A stretch of 64,000 bases of DNA from assembly GCA_016432645.1 (NCBI GenBank), contig CP066698.1, positions 133,062 to 197,061 of the forward strand, given 5' to 3'. Positions 42,440 to 52,786 of this stretch are shown piece after piece; position 1 is the stretch's first letter, and each line of letters begins with the position of its first letter. The notes under the pieces are model-generated. The model saw only the letters and a program-made list of their open reading frames with translations. It did no database searches and was not told where the DNA came from. The DNA is from Candidatus Falkowbacteria bacterium (GTDB lineage: Bacteria; Patescibacteriota; Patescibacteriia; Patescibacteriales; UBA12465). Made by a program: the position numbers and the translations under genes.

Positions 42440-44665
42440 ATGTCTCCAAAAATTTATTTACGCTTACTTCAAGGAGGTTTGATAGCTTCGTTGTTTTTTG
42501 TTCTCTTTGTTTTTCCAGGCCTACTGTTCCCATACATTAGCTCTAAACAGCTGCCTTTTAATATCTTAATGGAATTATTGGCCGCTATTTGGCTGGTCTT
42601 TATTTGGCGTTATCCGGAATTTCGGCCGCGACTTAATTTAATGATTTATGGATTATTGGCTTATTTGGCTGCCATCCTGCTTTCTTGTTTTACCGGTGTT
42701 GATTTTAATTTGAGTTTTTGGGGAGATATTGAAAGATTGCTAGGGTTTTTCCAGATTTTCCACTTCTTAATTTTTTTCTTTATTTTAATTACAGTTTTTC
42801 GCAGTTGGCCAGAATGGCGGGCGCTTTTGTTTTCTTCGGTTGCTGTTGCCGTGTTAGTCAGTCTTTGGGGGCTATTAGGAAAAAATTCTTACAGCACTAT
42901 CGGCAACACCGCCTATGTCAGCGGTTATTTAATTTTCAACCTGTTTTTCAGCGTCCTTTTATTTTTACGGACGCGCTCTAATTGGCGCTTTACTTACGCT
43001 GTTCCGGTTTTATTGATGCTTTTGCAATTTAAGAACATGCACACTTCCGGCGCGATTATCGGGTTAGCGGCTAGCATATTTTTGATTATTCTGTTGGTTG
43101 GGATTTTGAGTGTCAATAAAAAACTCAAATATAGTTTATTGGGATTTTTTGCCTTAGGAGTAATAGCTATAATTTTTTTGTTCTCCCAGCAGCACGCCGC
43201 TTGGTTTGAAACTAGTTTTTTGCGTAATTTAACCGCCCAAAAAGCGACTTTCCAAACACGCCTGCTTTCTTGGGAGGGGGCAGCCAGAGATTTTAAATAT
43301 CATCCTTGGCTCGGCACCGGGTTCGGTAATTATGCCATTATTTTTGATAAACAATTCAATCCCAAGTTCCTTAATTATGATCGAGTGGAGACTTATTTTG
43401 ATAGAGCCCATAACAATCTGATTGACATTGTTTCTACTACTGGATTAATCGGGCTGCTTACTTATTTAAGCATCTTTGTGTTTGTGTTGTTTTATCTTTA
43501 CTCAGAGTTTAAGAAGAATGGTTTTAAAATCAGCCAAGAAGCCGCCGGCCGCCGCAATTTGGAGCTTGTATTTATATTAGGCCTGCTTGCTGCTTATTTC
43601 ATTCAAAATCTGGCAGTCTTTGACTCATTGGTGACATATATTGCCTTAATGATAACCCTCGGGTTTGTTTATTGGTTGCCGAAAGAAGAGGCTTTGGCGG
43701 CAGCGGAATCAAATCAGGTTAGGGAATCAAGCTTCCTAAAAAATGAAGAGCGTGAATGGCTGGCTTTAATTGGGTTATTGATTATTGCTTTAATTCCCGT
43801 TTTTCAATTTAACGTTAAGCCTTTGAAAATGATGAGCGGGGTAATTACTGGTTATTCGGAAATTTTACGCGGCAAAAGCGAATTAGGAATTAATGACTTT
43901 AAAGCAAGTTTGACAGGCACGCCCTTGGATCGCGATGGCCGTTCAGTATTGATAAATTTGGCTCTAGGTAATCCTGATTTCTTATCAACTCTAGAATCAT
44001 ACAAACTTGGAGCCGCTTATAATTATATTGTTTCGCTTTCGGAGGCTAATTTAAAATATAATCCCCAGGATAATTTAGCTAATTTACAGCTAGCGCAGGT
44101 TTATGATTTAGGTGGGCGTATTTTTTATCAAGATGAAGCAAAGGGCCGTGAATATTTTAATAAAGCAATCGCCCAAGTTGAAAAAGCTATTGCCGCCAGT
44201 CCCGGACGCATTCCGGTTTATTTTGCTAAGGCCCAGTCGCTATTTTTGAACGGTCAAGTTGATGAGGCGATTGACGTTTTAAATTACGCGGCTAGTTTGA
44301 ACCCCGATTTTCCCTATACCTATTGCCGCTTAGCCCAAGTGTATATCATGGGTGACAAGATGGACCAAGTTAAGGATAGTTTAGATAAATGTATTGATGG
44401 CGAGGCCGCCGGCCAGCTCGGTAACGGCAATTCTTTGATGAGCGCGGCTTCTTATTTGGTTGAGCAAAAAGATTTTCCACGGGCCATAAAAGTGGTAGAA
44501 AAATTGACAGAGAACTACGGTGATAATGCCGATGTTTGGTTTAATTTAACCAAGCTCTATCTGATTGTCGGCGATGTTGATAAAGCGGCGACAGCAGCGC
44601 AAAAAACTATTGCTATTGATGCTAAGTACCAAAAGCAAATTGAAGATTTGTTCCCGACTAATTAA
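42440..44665 (+). CDS. O-antigen-ligase-like (Wzy_C) polytopic membrane protein fused to C-terminal TPR repeats
   Basis: At least 10 TM helices, the loop YFDRAHNNLIDIVSTTGLIGLL, and TPR-like repeats in the last 250 aa. Confidence 0.7.
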   Translation: MSPKIYLRLLQGGLIASLFFVLFVFPGLLFPYISSKQLPFNILMELLAAIWLVFIWRYPEFRPRLNLMIYGLLAYLAAILLSCFTGVDFNLSFWGDIERLLGFFQIFHFLIFFFILITVFRSWPEWRALLFSSVAVAVLVSLWGLLGKNSYSTIGNTAYVSGYLIFNLFFSVLLFLRTRSNWRFTYAVPVLLMLLQFKNMHTSGAIIGLAASIFLIILLVGILSVNKKLKYSLLGFFALGVIAIIFLFSQQHAAWFETSFLRNLTAQKATFQTRLLSWEGAARDFKYHPWLGTGFGNYAIIFDKQFNPKFLNYDRVETYFDRAHNNLIDIVSTTGLIGLLTYLSIFVFVLFYLYSEFKKNGFKISQEAAGRRNLELVFILGLLAAYFIQNLAVFDSLVTYIALMITLGFVYWLPKEEALAAAESNQVRESSFLKNEEREWLALIGLLIIALIPVFQFNVKPLKMMSGVITGYSEILRGKSELGINDFKASLTGTPLDRDGRSVLINLALGNPDFLSTLESYKLGAAYNYIVSLSEANLKYNPQDNLANLQLAQVYDLGGRIFYQDEAKGREYFNKAIAQVEKAIAASPGRIPVYFAKAQSLFLNGQVDEAIDVLNYAASLNPDFPYTYCRLAQVYIMGDKMDQVKDSLDKCIDGEAAGQLGNGNSLMSAASYLVEQKDFPRAIKVVEKLTENYGDNADVWFNLTKLYLIVGDVDKAATAAQKTIAIDAKYQKQIEDLFPTN

Positions 44666-44757
44666 AATTAATCCCCCAAAGAACCGCTTCTGCTATTGAC
44701 AGGAGAGGTTTTTTAGTATATATTTAAACCCACGTACATTTTAAAAAATAGATAATC

Positions 44758-45132
44758 ATGACAGAAAGAAAGAATGAAATTGTTGGCAAAATTGACCCTA
44801 AAATTATGGGTCGCATTGAGGACTTAAAGAAGAAATTGGAAGCTTTGCTTCAGGGACCGAGCCCTGTAAATCTGGCAATAATTCGTTGCAACGGTTATTT
44901 CCGTGAATTTCTGCGTGAGTATGACCGTAAAAAGTTTGTCTTTGCTCCCGGAGATATTCTGATTGATCACAGCGATGTTATGTTTATTTGTTTGGGTATT
45001 GGAAAATCTCCCGACCCTATGGAAGGGCAGGTGTTGTGGTTTTTATCCGAAAGAGATAAAGAGCCTCATTATTTTTCTGAACATATGCCGGAGCAGATGA
45101 AAAAAAATTACGCCTTGGTTTTGGCGGCGTGA
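44758..45132 (+). CDS. hypothetical protein (124 aa)
   Basis: ORF with a TTGACA-17-TATATT promoter (44696-44724) and a terminator at about 45154-45182. Confidence 0.45.
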   Translation: MTERKNEIVGKIDPKIMGRIEDLKKKLEALLQGPSPVNLAIIRCNGYFREFLREYDRKKFVFAPGDILIDHSDVMFICLGIGKSPDPMEGQVLWFLSERDKEPHYFSEHMPEQMKKNYALVLAA

Positions 45133-45351
45133 TATCTGAATTTTGCCATTTTGAACCCGTCTTTTTTGAAGGCGGGTTTTTTATTGGTTTGAAATTACCC
45201 CAAAAAGCGCTATAATTAAATCACTTATGAATTAATCAGGCGATTAAGTTATTCTCGGAGCGAATATTTTTTCGTTAAGTAAAAATTAATGTTAATTAAT
45301 TTTTACCACAGAAAAAATCCTGAGCGAAAGAATAGCTTAAGCGCATACTAT

Positions 45352-46506
45352 ATGCAGGTATATTTAGATAATGCGGCCACGACTAAGCTGGATCCGCGAG
45401 TTTTAAAAAAAATGGAGCCATATTTCTCTAAGGAATATGGCAATGCCTCCTCTATCCATGATTTAGGCCAGAGTGCTTTTCGCGATTTAATCAAGGCCAA
45501 AACGACCATTGCTCGGTTAATCGGCGGAGAAGCTAACGGTGTGATTTTTACTTCCGGAGCCACCGAGGCCAACAACCTGATTATTAAAGGTGTGGCTCTT
45601 GCCAATAGGACGGAGAAGAAGAATAAAATTATTGTTTCCAGTATTGAGCATCCCTGCGTGATGGAGTCGGCGAAATTTTTAGCCCGCGCTGGATTTAAAG
45701 TGGAGTTTATCCCCGTTAATGCTGAAGGGTTAATTGAACCAAAAGAACTGGAAAAATTAATTGATAAAGAAACCATTTTAGTTTCGGTAATGGCGGTTAA
45801 TAATGAAATTGGAACGATTCAAGATATTGAAGCATTGGCCAAGATTGCTCATGCTCACGGCGCTTATTTTCATACCGATGCGGTGCAGGCTGTCCCGTAT
45901 TTAAAATTAGACGTCAAAAAAATGGGCATTGATTTTTTAAGTTTATCGGCTCACAAATTCTATGGCCCTAAAGGAGCTGGCGTGGCCTATCTTAATCGTC
46001 AAGTTAAAGTTCAACCACAAATTATCGGTGGTGGCCAAGAAGATGGGCTCCGGGCCGGAACTTATAATTTGCCTGGTATTATCGGACTCGCGGCTGCTTT
46101 AGAATTAGCTTATAAAGAAAGAAACCTTTATTTAAAAAAAGTTGCCACTTTGCGCGATTATTTCTGGAAAAAAATTAAGCAGGAAATTCCCGAAGTTAAA
46201 CTTAATGGCAGCCTGAAAAAACGGGTGCCGGCTAATTTAAATATTATGTTTGGCTATATTGAAGGCGAAGCTATTTTAATGGATCTCTCTTATAAGGGGG
46301 TCTATGTTTCCACTGGTTCAGCCTGTTCAGCTTCAGACTTACGCGCTTCATATGTACTAAAATCAATGGGGCTTAATAAAAATTTTTTAAACAGCAACAT
46401 CCGCTTTTCTTTGGGGCGTTTCAATACTAAAGAGGGAATTGATTATACAATTAAGGCCTTAAAGGCCACAGTTAAGCGCTTGCGCAGCTTCTCACCAATT
46501 AATTAA
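45352..46506 (+). CDS. nifS: cysteine desulfurase (NifS/IscS type)
   Basis: YLDNAATT start, PLP-lysine SAHKFYGPKG, and active-site STGSACS. The 21-aa N-terminal extension from 45289 is judged unlikely. Confidence 0.9.
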   Translation: MQVYLDNAATTKLDPRVLKKMEPYFSKEYGNASSIHDLGQSAFRDLIKAKTTIARLIGGEANGVIFTSGATEANNLIIKGVALANRTEKKNKIIVSSIEHPCVMESAKFLARAGFKVEFIPVNAEGLIEPKELEKLIDKETILVSVMAVNNEIGTIQDIEALAKIAHAHGAYFHTDAVQAVPYLKLDVKKMGIDFLSLSAHKFYGPKGAGVAYLNRQVKVQPQIIGGGQEDGLRAGTYNLPGIIGLAAALELAYKERNLYLKKVATLRDYFWKKIKQEIPEVKLNGSLKKRVPANLNIMFGYIEGEAILMDLSYKGVYVSTGSACSASDLRASYVLKSMGLNKNFLNSNIRFSLGRFNTKEGIDYTIKALKATVKRLRSFSPIN

Positions 46507-46515
46507 TTATATTAT

Positions 46516-46977
46516 ATGGCTTTAAATTATACTAAAAAAACTCTGGATAATTTTCTTAAACCAAAGAACGTTGGAAAAATTAGTCAACCGGATGGCTATG
46601 CCCAAATCGGCAATATGGTTTGCGGCGATCAGCTGGATTTTTTCTTGAAAGTGGAGAAGGGAAAGATAAAGGATGTAAAATTTTTATCTTTTGGTTGTGC
46701 GTCTAATATTGCTACCGCCTCAATATTAACAGAAAAAGTTAAGGGCATGACGGTCGAGGCGGCTAAAAAATATCCTTGGCAAAAAGTAGTTGAGGAGCTT
46801 GGCGGTCTGCCTAATCAAAAAGTCCATTGTTCGGTAATGGCGGTTGACGGCTTGAAAAAAGCTATTGCTGATTATGAAAAGAGCCTAGCGGCAAGTAAGA
46901 AAAAACCGGTTACAAAGCTTAAAAAGATAGAGACCAAGAAAACCGGGTCCAAAAAGAAAACATCTCGGAAAAAATAA
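46516..46977 (+). CDS. iscU: Fe-S cluster scaffold (IscU/NifU N-terminal domain) with a Lys-rich tail
   Basis: GNMVCGD, FGCASNIATAS and KVHCS cluster ligands. Confidence 0.85.
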   Translation: MALNYTKKTLDNFLKPKNVGKISQPDGYAQIGNMVCGDQLDFFLKVEKGKIKDVKFLSFGCASNIATASILTEKVKGMTVEAAKKYPWQKVVEELGGLPNQKVHCSVMAVDGLKKAIADYEKSLAASKKKPVTKLKKIETKKTGSKKKTSRKK

Positions 46978-46983
46978 CTAAAC

Positions 46984-47010
46984 AAAAACACCCCTGACGG
47001 GGTGTTTTTT
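46984..47010. terminator. bidirectional terminator between iscU and the RRM gene
   Basis: aaaaacacccctgacggggtgtttttt. Confidence 0.75.
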
Positions 47011-47034
47011 GTATTTACAATCTATTTTGATCTA

Positions 47035-47292
47035 TTAGAATCTTTTTTCTAGAGGGCGGGCTTCGTTAACAACGACACGGCGTCCATCTAATTCTTGATT
47101 GTTGTACATCGCAATCGCGGCATCCGCGTCAGCGTCATTTTCCATTTCGACGAAACCAAAGCCTTTAGAGCGATGGGTCATACGATCGGTAATGATTACA
47201 GCGGAGAGAACTTTTCCAGCTTTAGCAAAAGCTTCAGCTAAACCTTCCTCAGTTGTCTTGAAAGACAAACCGCCGACAAATAATTTTTTCAT
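47035..47292 (-). CDS. RRM-type RNA-binding protein
   Basis: RNP2 LFVGGLSF and RNP1 KGFGFVEM. Confidence 0.85.
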   Translation of the reverse strand: MKKLFVGGLSFKTTEEGLAEAFAKAGKVLSAVIITDRMTHRSKGFGFVEMENDADADAAIAMYNNQELDGRRVVVNEARPLEKRF

Positions 47293-47427
47293 CTTGTTTG
47301 ACTATACTTATTTTATAAATGTAAGACGACCTTTGATTAAAGAAAAAAGCGAATTTAGGATTCGCTCTTTCTTTAAAAAATGCTTACCTGTGAAGTATTA
47401 TATCCTATTTATGTGGATAAGTCAAGA

Positions 47428-48168
47428 TTAGGAGATAACCACTTTAACGCCAGGAGTCATTGAGGCGGCGATACTGATATTCTTTAAGAAACTACCTTTA
47501 GCCGAGCTTGGTTTGGCTTTTCTAACAGTTTCTAGAAGGGTTTGATAGTTTTCAGCTAGTTTAGAGCTCTCAAAACTGATTTTCCCGATAACGGCGTGTA
47601 AATTGCCGGTATCGTCATTTTTGAAGCTAATTTTGCCCTTTTTAAGCTCCTCAACAGCCTTTACTGGATTCATGGTAACGGTATCGTTCTTTGGAGAAGG
47701 CATTAAGCCTCTAGTACCTAGAATTTTGGCGATAACGGCCAAATTTTTCATCATCCCCGGTTCGGCAATGGCGACTTCAAAGTCAGTTTTTTCGGTTTTC
47801 TTGATTTCAGCGACCAATTCTTCGCCACCGACAAAATCCGCTCCAGCAGCCTTAACGGCCTTTTCATTTTCTGGTGAGACAAAAGCCGCAATTTTAACGG
47901 TTTTACCGGTTCCATTAGGAAGGCTAACGGCACCGCGAACTTGCTGGTCGCCTTTTTTGGTATTGATACCGAGGCGGAAATGAACTTCCACGGAAGCGTC
48001 AAATTTGGTTTTGTTTAATTTCTTAACAATTTCCAAAGCTTCGTTGATGTTATAAGCTTGATTTTTGTCGTAAATTGCAGAGAAATCTTTCTTTTTCGCT
48101 ACTGCCTTAACAACAGGAGCAGCTTTTTTTGAGGTTTTTTTAACTTTTTCAGCTTTTTCTTTAGCCAT
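47428..48168 (-). CDS. rplA: 50S ribosomal protein L1 (with a Lys-rich N-terminal extension)
   Basis: L1 core FDASVEVHFRLGIN...GTGK, downstream of rplK. Start set at MAKEKAEK. Confidence 0.9.
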   Translation of the reverse strand: MAKEKAEKVKKTSKKAAPVVKAVAKKKDFSAIYDKNQAYNINEALEIVKKLNKTKFDASVEVHFRLGINTKKGDQQVRGAVSLPNGTGKTVKIAAFVSPENEKAVKAAGADFVGGEELVAEIKKTEKTDFEVAIAEPGMMKNLAVIAKILGTRGLMPSPKNDTVTMNPVKAVEELKKGKISFKNDDTGNLHAVIGKISFESSKLAENYQTLLETVRKAKPSSAKGSFLKNISIAASMTPGVKVVIS

Positions 48169-48233
48169 ATGTTTTTCGTGGTTTAACGTCGGCGACTGTC
48201 TTAGCAACAGAGCCTGACTCCCACAATTAATTA

Positions 48234-48659
48234 TTATTTTTTAATTTCCACGCCCATTTGTCTGGCGGTGCCAGCGATGATGTTTTTGGCGGCCTCAACG
48301 TCGCGAGCATTTAAGTCGGGCATCTTAGCGAGAGCAATTTCTTCCAATTGCTTTTCGGTAATTGAACCAATTTTCTCGGTTAATGGTTTACCGGAACCCT
48401 TTTTGATACCAGCTGCTTTTTTAATCAGTTCGCTGGCTGGGGAAGTCTTTAAAATGAAGTCAAAGCTTCTATCTTCGTAGACGGTAATTTCTACCGGAAC
48501 GACATCACCCATTTTATCTTTGGTTTTATCATTAAATTGCTTGCAGAATTCAGCAATGTTTAAACCGTGTTGGCCTAAAGCTGGACCGACTGGAGGTGCT
48601 GGATTAGCTTGGCCGCCGGCAATCTGTAATTTAATTTTTGTTTTTATCTTTTTTGCCAT
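48234..48659 (-). CDS. rplK: 50S ribosomal protein L11
   Basis: [26 protein letters not shown] is diagnostic. Confidence 0.95.
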   Translation of the reverse strand: MAKKIKTKIKLQIAGGQANPAPPVGPALGQHGLNIAEFCKQFNDKTKDKMGDVVPVEITVYEDRSFDFILKTSPASELIKKAAGIKKGSGKPLTEKIGSITEKQLEEIALAKMPDLNARDVEAAKNIIAGTARQMGVEIKK

Positions 48660-48714
48660 ATTAATGTGTTTTTGGGACGTAGAAGCGCCGCCCGGATTTA
48701 TATTATTTTCTTAA

Positions 48715-49260
48715 TTAAACTTTTTTAATCTGTAAGAAATCCAATTCTACCGGAGTTTCGCGGCCGAAGAGGGAAACGGAAACTTTAACTTTACCCTTAG
48801 CTTCGTCAACAGCGGTAACCTTGCCTTCCATATTTTTGAATGGACCCTCGTTGATTTTAACTGGAGAACCGACAACCACGTCAATTTGAAATTTAGGATC
48901 TTCGACGCCCATTCTTTTCTGTAGAGATTTAACTTCGGCTTCGCCGATTGGAGTAGGGATGGTGCCGGTGCCGATAAAGCCGGTAACATTCGGGGTATTT
49001 CTGACAATATACCAAGATTCATCGGTTACCACCATTTCTACTAAAATATATCCCGGAAAGATTTTTTCTTCAGTAACCTTGCGTTTACCATTTTTAATCT
49101 TAATTTTTTTCTCGGTCGGAATTAAAATGTTGAAGATTTTATCTTCCATGTCCAAGGAGTCAACCCTTTGTTTTAGGTTTTGCGCGACGTTTTCTTCATA
49201 ACCAGAATAAGTATGGATAACGTACCAGCGTCGGCCTTGATTTAAAAGTTGTTTGGCCAT
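48715..49260 (-). CDS. nusG: transcription termination/antitermination factor NusG
   Basis: RWYVIHTYSGYE NGN start, a C-terminal KOW domain, and the secE-nusG-rplK-rplA gene order. Confidence 0.9.
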   Translation of the reverse strand: MAKQLLNQGRRWYVIHTYSGYEENVAQNLKQRVDSLDMEDKIFNILIPTEKKIKIKNGKRKVTEEKIFPGYILVEMVVTDESWYIVRNTPNVTGFIGTGTIPTPIGEAEVKSLQKRMGVEDPKFQIDVVVGSPVKINEGPFKNMEGKVTAVDEAKGKVKVSVSLFGRETPVELDFLQIKKV

Positions 49261-49290
49261 AAATTTTTACTTTAAGAACTATTTATTTTT

Positions 49291-49470
49291 TTAAACGATG
49301 AATTGAAGACCTAAATTGAAAATAAAGTCTAAGGCGCCCAAAAAGACGGCGACAGCTAAGCTGATTCCGATTACTAGGATAGTGTAGTTATAAGTTTCTT
49401 TCTTGGTTGGCCAAGTTACTTTTTTCATCTCGGAGACAGACTCCTTAAGATAGTTGGTTAATTTGTTCAT
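49291..49470 (-). CDS. secE: preprotein translocase subunit SecE
   Basis: 59 aa with EMKKVTWPTKKE followed by a single TM helix. Start set at MNKLTNY, downstream of the TTGACA promoter. Confidence 0.75.
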   Translation of the reverse strand: MNKLTNYLKESVSEMKKVTWPTKKETYNYTILVIGISLAVAVFLGALDFIFNLGLQFIV

Positions 49471-49678
49471 ATTGACTAAAAATAGGTAATTAAAAATAGC
49501 CTTTTTGGCCACTTTTTTATCTATTGAAATAATACAAAATTGACGGAAGCTTGTCAAGCGTTTTTTGGCAGGAAATAGGGAAATTAACGTTAATGCTTAA
49601 AATGTCATTTTTTGTCAAATAAAAACCGGCTCATTTGACAATCTTGAGATTGCGCGTGAGCCGGTTCTTTTTCAAATT

Positions 49679-50143
49679 TTAATCAATTTCTTGGGCTTTT
49701 TTAAAAGCATCCTTGATTTTTTGCAATTCTTGCAAATTTGTTTCCGCCTGGTTGGCCGCGTTTTGCGCTTTTATGGCCAGTTTTGTGTAGTGGCTGGATA
49801 AATTTTCCTGCGTGTTTTTTTCTTTTTCCAAATTCTGTTGCTTAACTTTCATAAAAGTGGGCAAGAGCAGGTCAATTTCTAACTGCCTGATTTTAACAGG
49901 AATTTTCCAATCAATTCGTAGCACTGCGATAAATAAAGTAGTTAAAATAATCAGAAAATACCATAAGCCTGGATTGTGGATAATGTGCCCCTTTCTTTTC
50001 AGCCACGATTGAAATAAAAGGATAGCAAGGCCGATTATTATTATCATCGATACTTTGATGGCGATAATCAATGGACGTCTTTTTTTCTTCTTAAGAAAAT
50101 CGCTGGCGTCTTCCGCTAGGGTTGTCAAGCTAATTTTTTCCAT
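49679..50143 (-). CDS. hypothetical membrane protein with a coiled-coil C-terminus (154 aa)
   Basis: Two TM helices, then a charged helical tail. Bidirectional hairpin at about 49626-49668. Confidence 0.5.
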   Translation of the reverse strand: MEKISLTTLAEDASDFLKKKKRRPLIIAIKVSMIIIIGLAILLFQSWLKRKGHIIHNPGLWYFLIILTTLFIAVLRIDWKIPVKIRQLEIDLLLPTFMKVKQQNLEKEKNTQENLSSHYTKLAIKAQNAANQAETNLQELQKIKDAFKKAQEID

Positions 50144-50345
50144 TTTAATTTATTTATGTGAGACAATTTTAAATGAACAATCAGTTAATACTAGAATAAT
50201 TATGTGTTTTTGTCAACGCTTGTATTTTTTTCTTTGATTAAATTAAATTTTTGTTTTTTTATTGCCTTTTAAGACCAAACAATATACAATATTAAAGTAA
50301 GCGGAGCCCGAATCCAGGGTTTTGCGTTAAATTTAATTTTTCAAT

Positions 50346-52073
50346 ATGGTTAGTCCAAATTTGATTAGACGCAAGGAGGCTGATGAGCCTGTGGAAATTA
50401 ATAGTAATACTAAAAAACTTTTTCAGGTTGTCTATAGCGAGCAGAATGCAAAAGACGAGCCGGACCAAGATGCCCCGGTTATTAGGGTTTCACAATTGAT
50501 TTCTCGCTTAGCCTTTGTTTATGAGAAAGTAAGAAACGCGGTTGATTATGAAGAAGATCATCTTTTGCGCAAGAATGCGATTGCCAGAATTTTACACCGC
50601 CAAGTGGTGATTGAGGGCGTTTTAAAAGACATCAACAGCAAGGAGCTCGCCAGCCATTTATTGGTAGAACTTATTAGAGGCGGTTATTTGCCAAACAATA
50701 AAGTCCCGGAAACTAAAATTGCCGAGGTGGCTTTGATGTTGGAAAAATATATCAGTTTAAAAAATCAAATCTCCGCCAAACTGGCGCCGGCCTTAAATAT
50801 TCATTCCGATATTGTTGAAGCTAAAGACCATTTAAATGAAAAAAATAGCCTGGTCCGCTGGCTGCTTAATATGGCCGCTTGTGAAATTGAGGAAATTTTA
50901 GCGCCCAATAAAACTAAGCAGGTGATTGTCAGCAATATGTTTGATATTCTTTCAAGCGATATTGTTTTACCTAAAGAATTGCCTTACGAAAATGATTTGG
51001 AAATTCAAATTTATTTAAGTATCGGCCGGAAGTTCTTAAAATTTGATTCAGAAATGCTCAGTTTCGTACTGTTTAAATATTATAATGATTCTTGGTTAGA
51101 AATTGGCCATGACGGAGAGTTGTCTGCTGAAGATGATAAAAGATTAAAAAAAATTGCCGCCAATATCAAAGAGCTCCATAGCAGGATTACCGGGCAGTTG
51201 TCCCATCCGCTGGCCAAACAATTAGATAAAATTGTTAGACGCTATTCTTTATATTTTAATGTTTTATTGGAAACCATAGAGAATGATCCGGCTAAAGTTT
51301 ATGCTGAAATTCAAAAAGGTGAGAAGGGGTTTTTAAATTTGGTTCGAAAAACTTGTGAAAAAAAATATAATAAAGCCAAATCGCGTTTATGGCGGGCAGC
51401 GATGCGCAGTATTATTTATATTTTTTTAACTAAATCCATTTTCGTTTTTTTAATAGAAATTCCAGCTATCCATTGGTTTGATGAGCCTTTAAACCCGGTT
51501 TCATTGGCGATTAACGTCGCGTTCCCGGCAATTTTGTTGTTTTTTATCGTTTTAATGACGCAAAAACCGCAGACCGATAACACGGACATGATTGTTGAAG
51601 GAATCAAGGAAATTTCTTTTATCGGCCGCGAGAAGAAACAACCGTTAATTTTACGCCCGCAGCGCAAAAGAAGTTTTTGGGCAAGCGCCATTTTCAATCT
51701 TATTTATTCCGCCTCATTTTTATTTTCAATTTATATTATTATCAGCGGTCTGAATTTTATTGGCTTTAACTGGGTCAGTATTACCATTTTCTTATTTTTC
51801 TTAGCCTTCGTGAGCTTCTTCAGTATTTTAGTTTCTCGCGGCGTCAAGGATTTGATGATTATTGAGCGTAAAGAAAATTTAGGAACATTTATCATCGATT
51901 TATTTTATATGCCAATTATTTTAGTCGGGCGCTGGTTATCAAATAATATTTCTCGAGTTAATATCTTTATTTTTATCTTCGATTTTATTATTGAAGCGCC
52001 GTTTAAGATTTTGGTGGAAGTGGCTGAAGATTGGACTAAATATGTTCGCGAACGCCGCGATAATATGGAATAA
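50346..52073 (+). CDS. large hypothetical membrane protein (575 aa; soluble N-terminal 350 aa plus about 5 TM helices)
   Basis: Long ORF with TM segments after residue 355. No catalytic motif recognised. Confidence 0.55.
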   Translation: MVSPNLIRRKEADEPVEINSNTKKLFQVVYSEQNAKDEPDQDAPVIRVSQLISRLAFVYEKVRNAVDYEEDHLLRKNAIARILHRQVVIEGVLKDINSKELASHLLVELIRGGYLPNNKVPETKIAEVALMLEKYISLKNQISAKLAPALNIHSDIVEAKDHLNEKNSLVRWLLNMAACEIEEILAPNKTKQVIVSNMFDILSSDIVLPKELPYENDLEIQIYLSIGRKFLKFDSEMLSFVLFKYYNDSWLEIGHDGELSAEDDKRLKKIAANIKELHSRITGQLSHPLAKQLDKIVRRYSLYFNVLLETIENDPAKVYAEIQKGEKGFLNLVRKTCEKKYNKAKSRLWRAAMRSIIYIFLTKSIFVFLIEIPAIHWFDEPLNPVSLAINVAFPAILLFFIVLMTQKPQTDNTDMIVEGIKEISFIGREKKQPLILRPQRKRSFWASAIFNLIYSASFLFSIYIIISGLNFIGFNWVSITIFLFFLAFVSFFSILVSRGVKDLMIIERKENLGTFIIDLFYMPIILVGRWLSNNISRVNIFIFIFDFIIEAPFKILVEVAEDWTKYVRERRDNME

Positions 52074-52075
52074 TT

Positions 52076-52786
52076 ATGGGGATATTAAGAGTCGTCGGCA
52101 CTCCGATTGGCAATTTGGAAGACATTAGTCTGCGCGCTTTAAGAGTTTTTAAAGAGTCGGATTTTATTTTATGCGAAGATACGCGGGTGACGCGCAAGCT
52201 TTTGGATAATTATGAAATTAAAACGCCCACGATTTCTTATCATCAGCATTCCGGCGAACTTAAAGTTGATAAAATTTTAGCGCTCCTGGAAGAAGGGAAA
52301 AATTTAGCTTTAGTGACTGACGCCGGCACGCCGGGAATTTCTGACCCGGGAGGGAAATTGGTCTCGCTGGTGAGGGAAAAGTTGGGCGAGAGCGTTAAAA
52401 TAGAAAGTGTTCCTGGGCCGAGCGCGTTAGCGGCGGCGATTTCAATTGCCGGCATTGGTTTTGATCGCTTTTTGTTCTTAGGTTTTTTGCCGCATAAGAA
52501 GGGAAGACAGACCATGCTTAAAGAAATTTCCGCCAGTGCCTACCCGGCAATTGTCTACGAATCAAAGCATCGAATTGTTAAACTATTAGAAGAATTGGAA
52601 AAATTTAATGAACATAAAGAGCCATATAAAGTCACTGTTTGCCGCGAACTTACTAAAATGTTTGAAAGTGTTTATGAGGGCGGTGCCGCTGAAATTTTGG
52701 CTGAATTATTGAAAGACACCAATAATTTAAAGGGTGAATTTGTGGTTATTATAAAAAAAGACAAACAAAATAAATATGAAGAATAA
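52076..52786 (+). CDS. rsmI: 16S rRNA (cytidine1402-2'-O)-methyltransferase
   Basis: VGTPIGNLEDISLRALRVFKESDFILCEDTR and TDAGTPGISDPG tetrapyrrole-methylase-fold signatures. Confidence 0.85.
   Translation: MGILRVVGTPIGNLEDISLRALRVFKESDFILCEDTRVTRKLLDNYEIKTPTISYHQHSGELKVDKILALLEEGKNLALVTDAGTPGISDPGGKLVSLVREKLGESVKIESVPGPSALAAAISIAGIGFDRFLFLGFLPHKKGRQTMLKEISASAYPAIVYESKHRIVKLLEELEKFNEHKEPYKVTVCRELTKMFESVYEGGAAEILAELLKDTNNLKGEFVVIIKKDKQNKYEE

Noticed and set aside
45289-45351. 21-aa N-terminal extension of the cysteine desulfurase, and a possible regulatory leader downstream of the TTGAAA-16-TATAAT promoter at 45189-45216.
   Set aside because: NifS/IscS proteins normally begin at the M-x-YLDNAATT motif, which gives the start at 45352. 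I could not identify a convincing structure or known riboswitch in the ~130-nt leader, so it is left unannotated.
47603-48002. Antisense and alternative-frame ORFs inside rplA. Similar ones occur inside rplK (48268-48480), nusG (48747-49201), pyrG, dnaX, metG and rsmI.
   Set aside because: They overlap strongly supported conserved genes and have no independent signals, so they are typical shadow ORFs.
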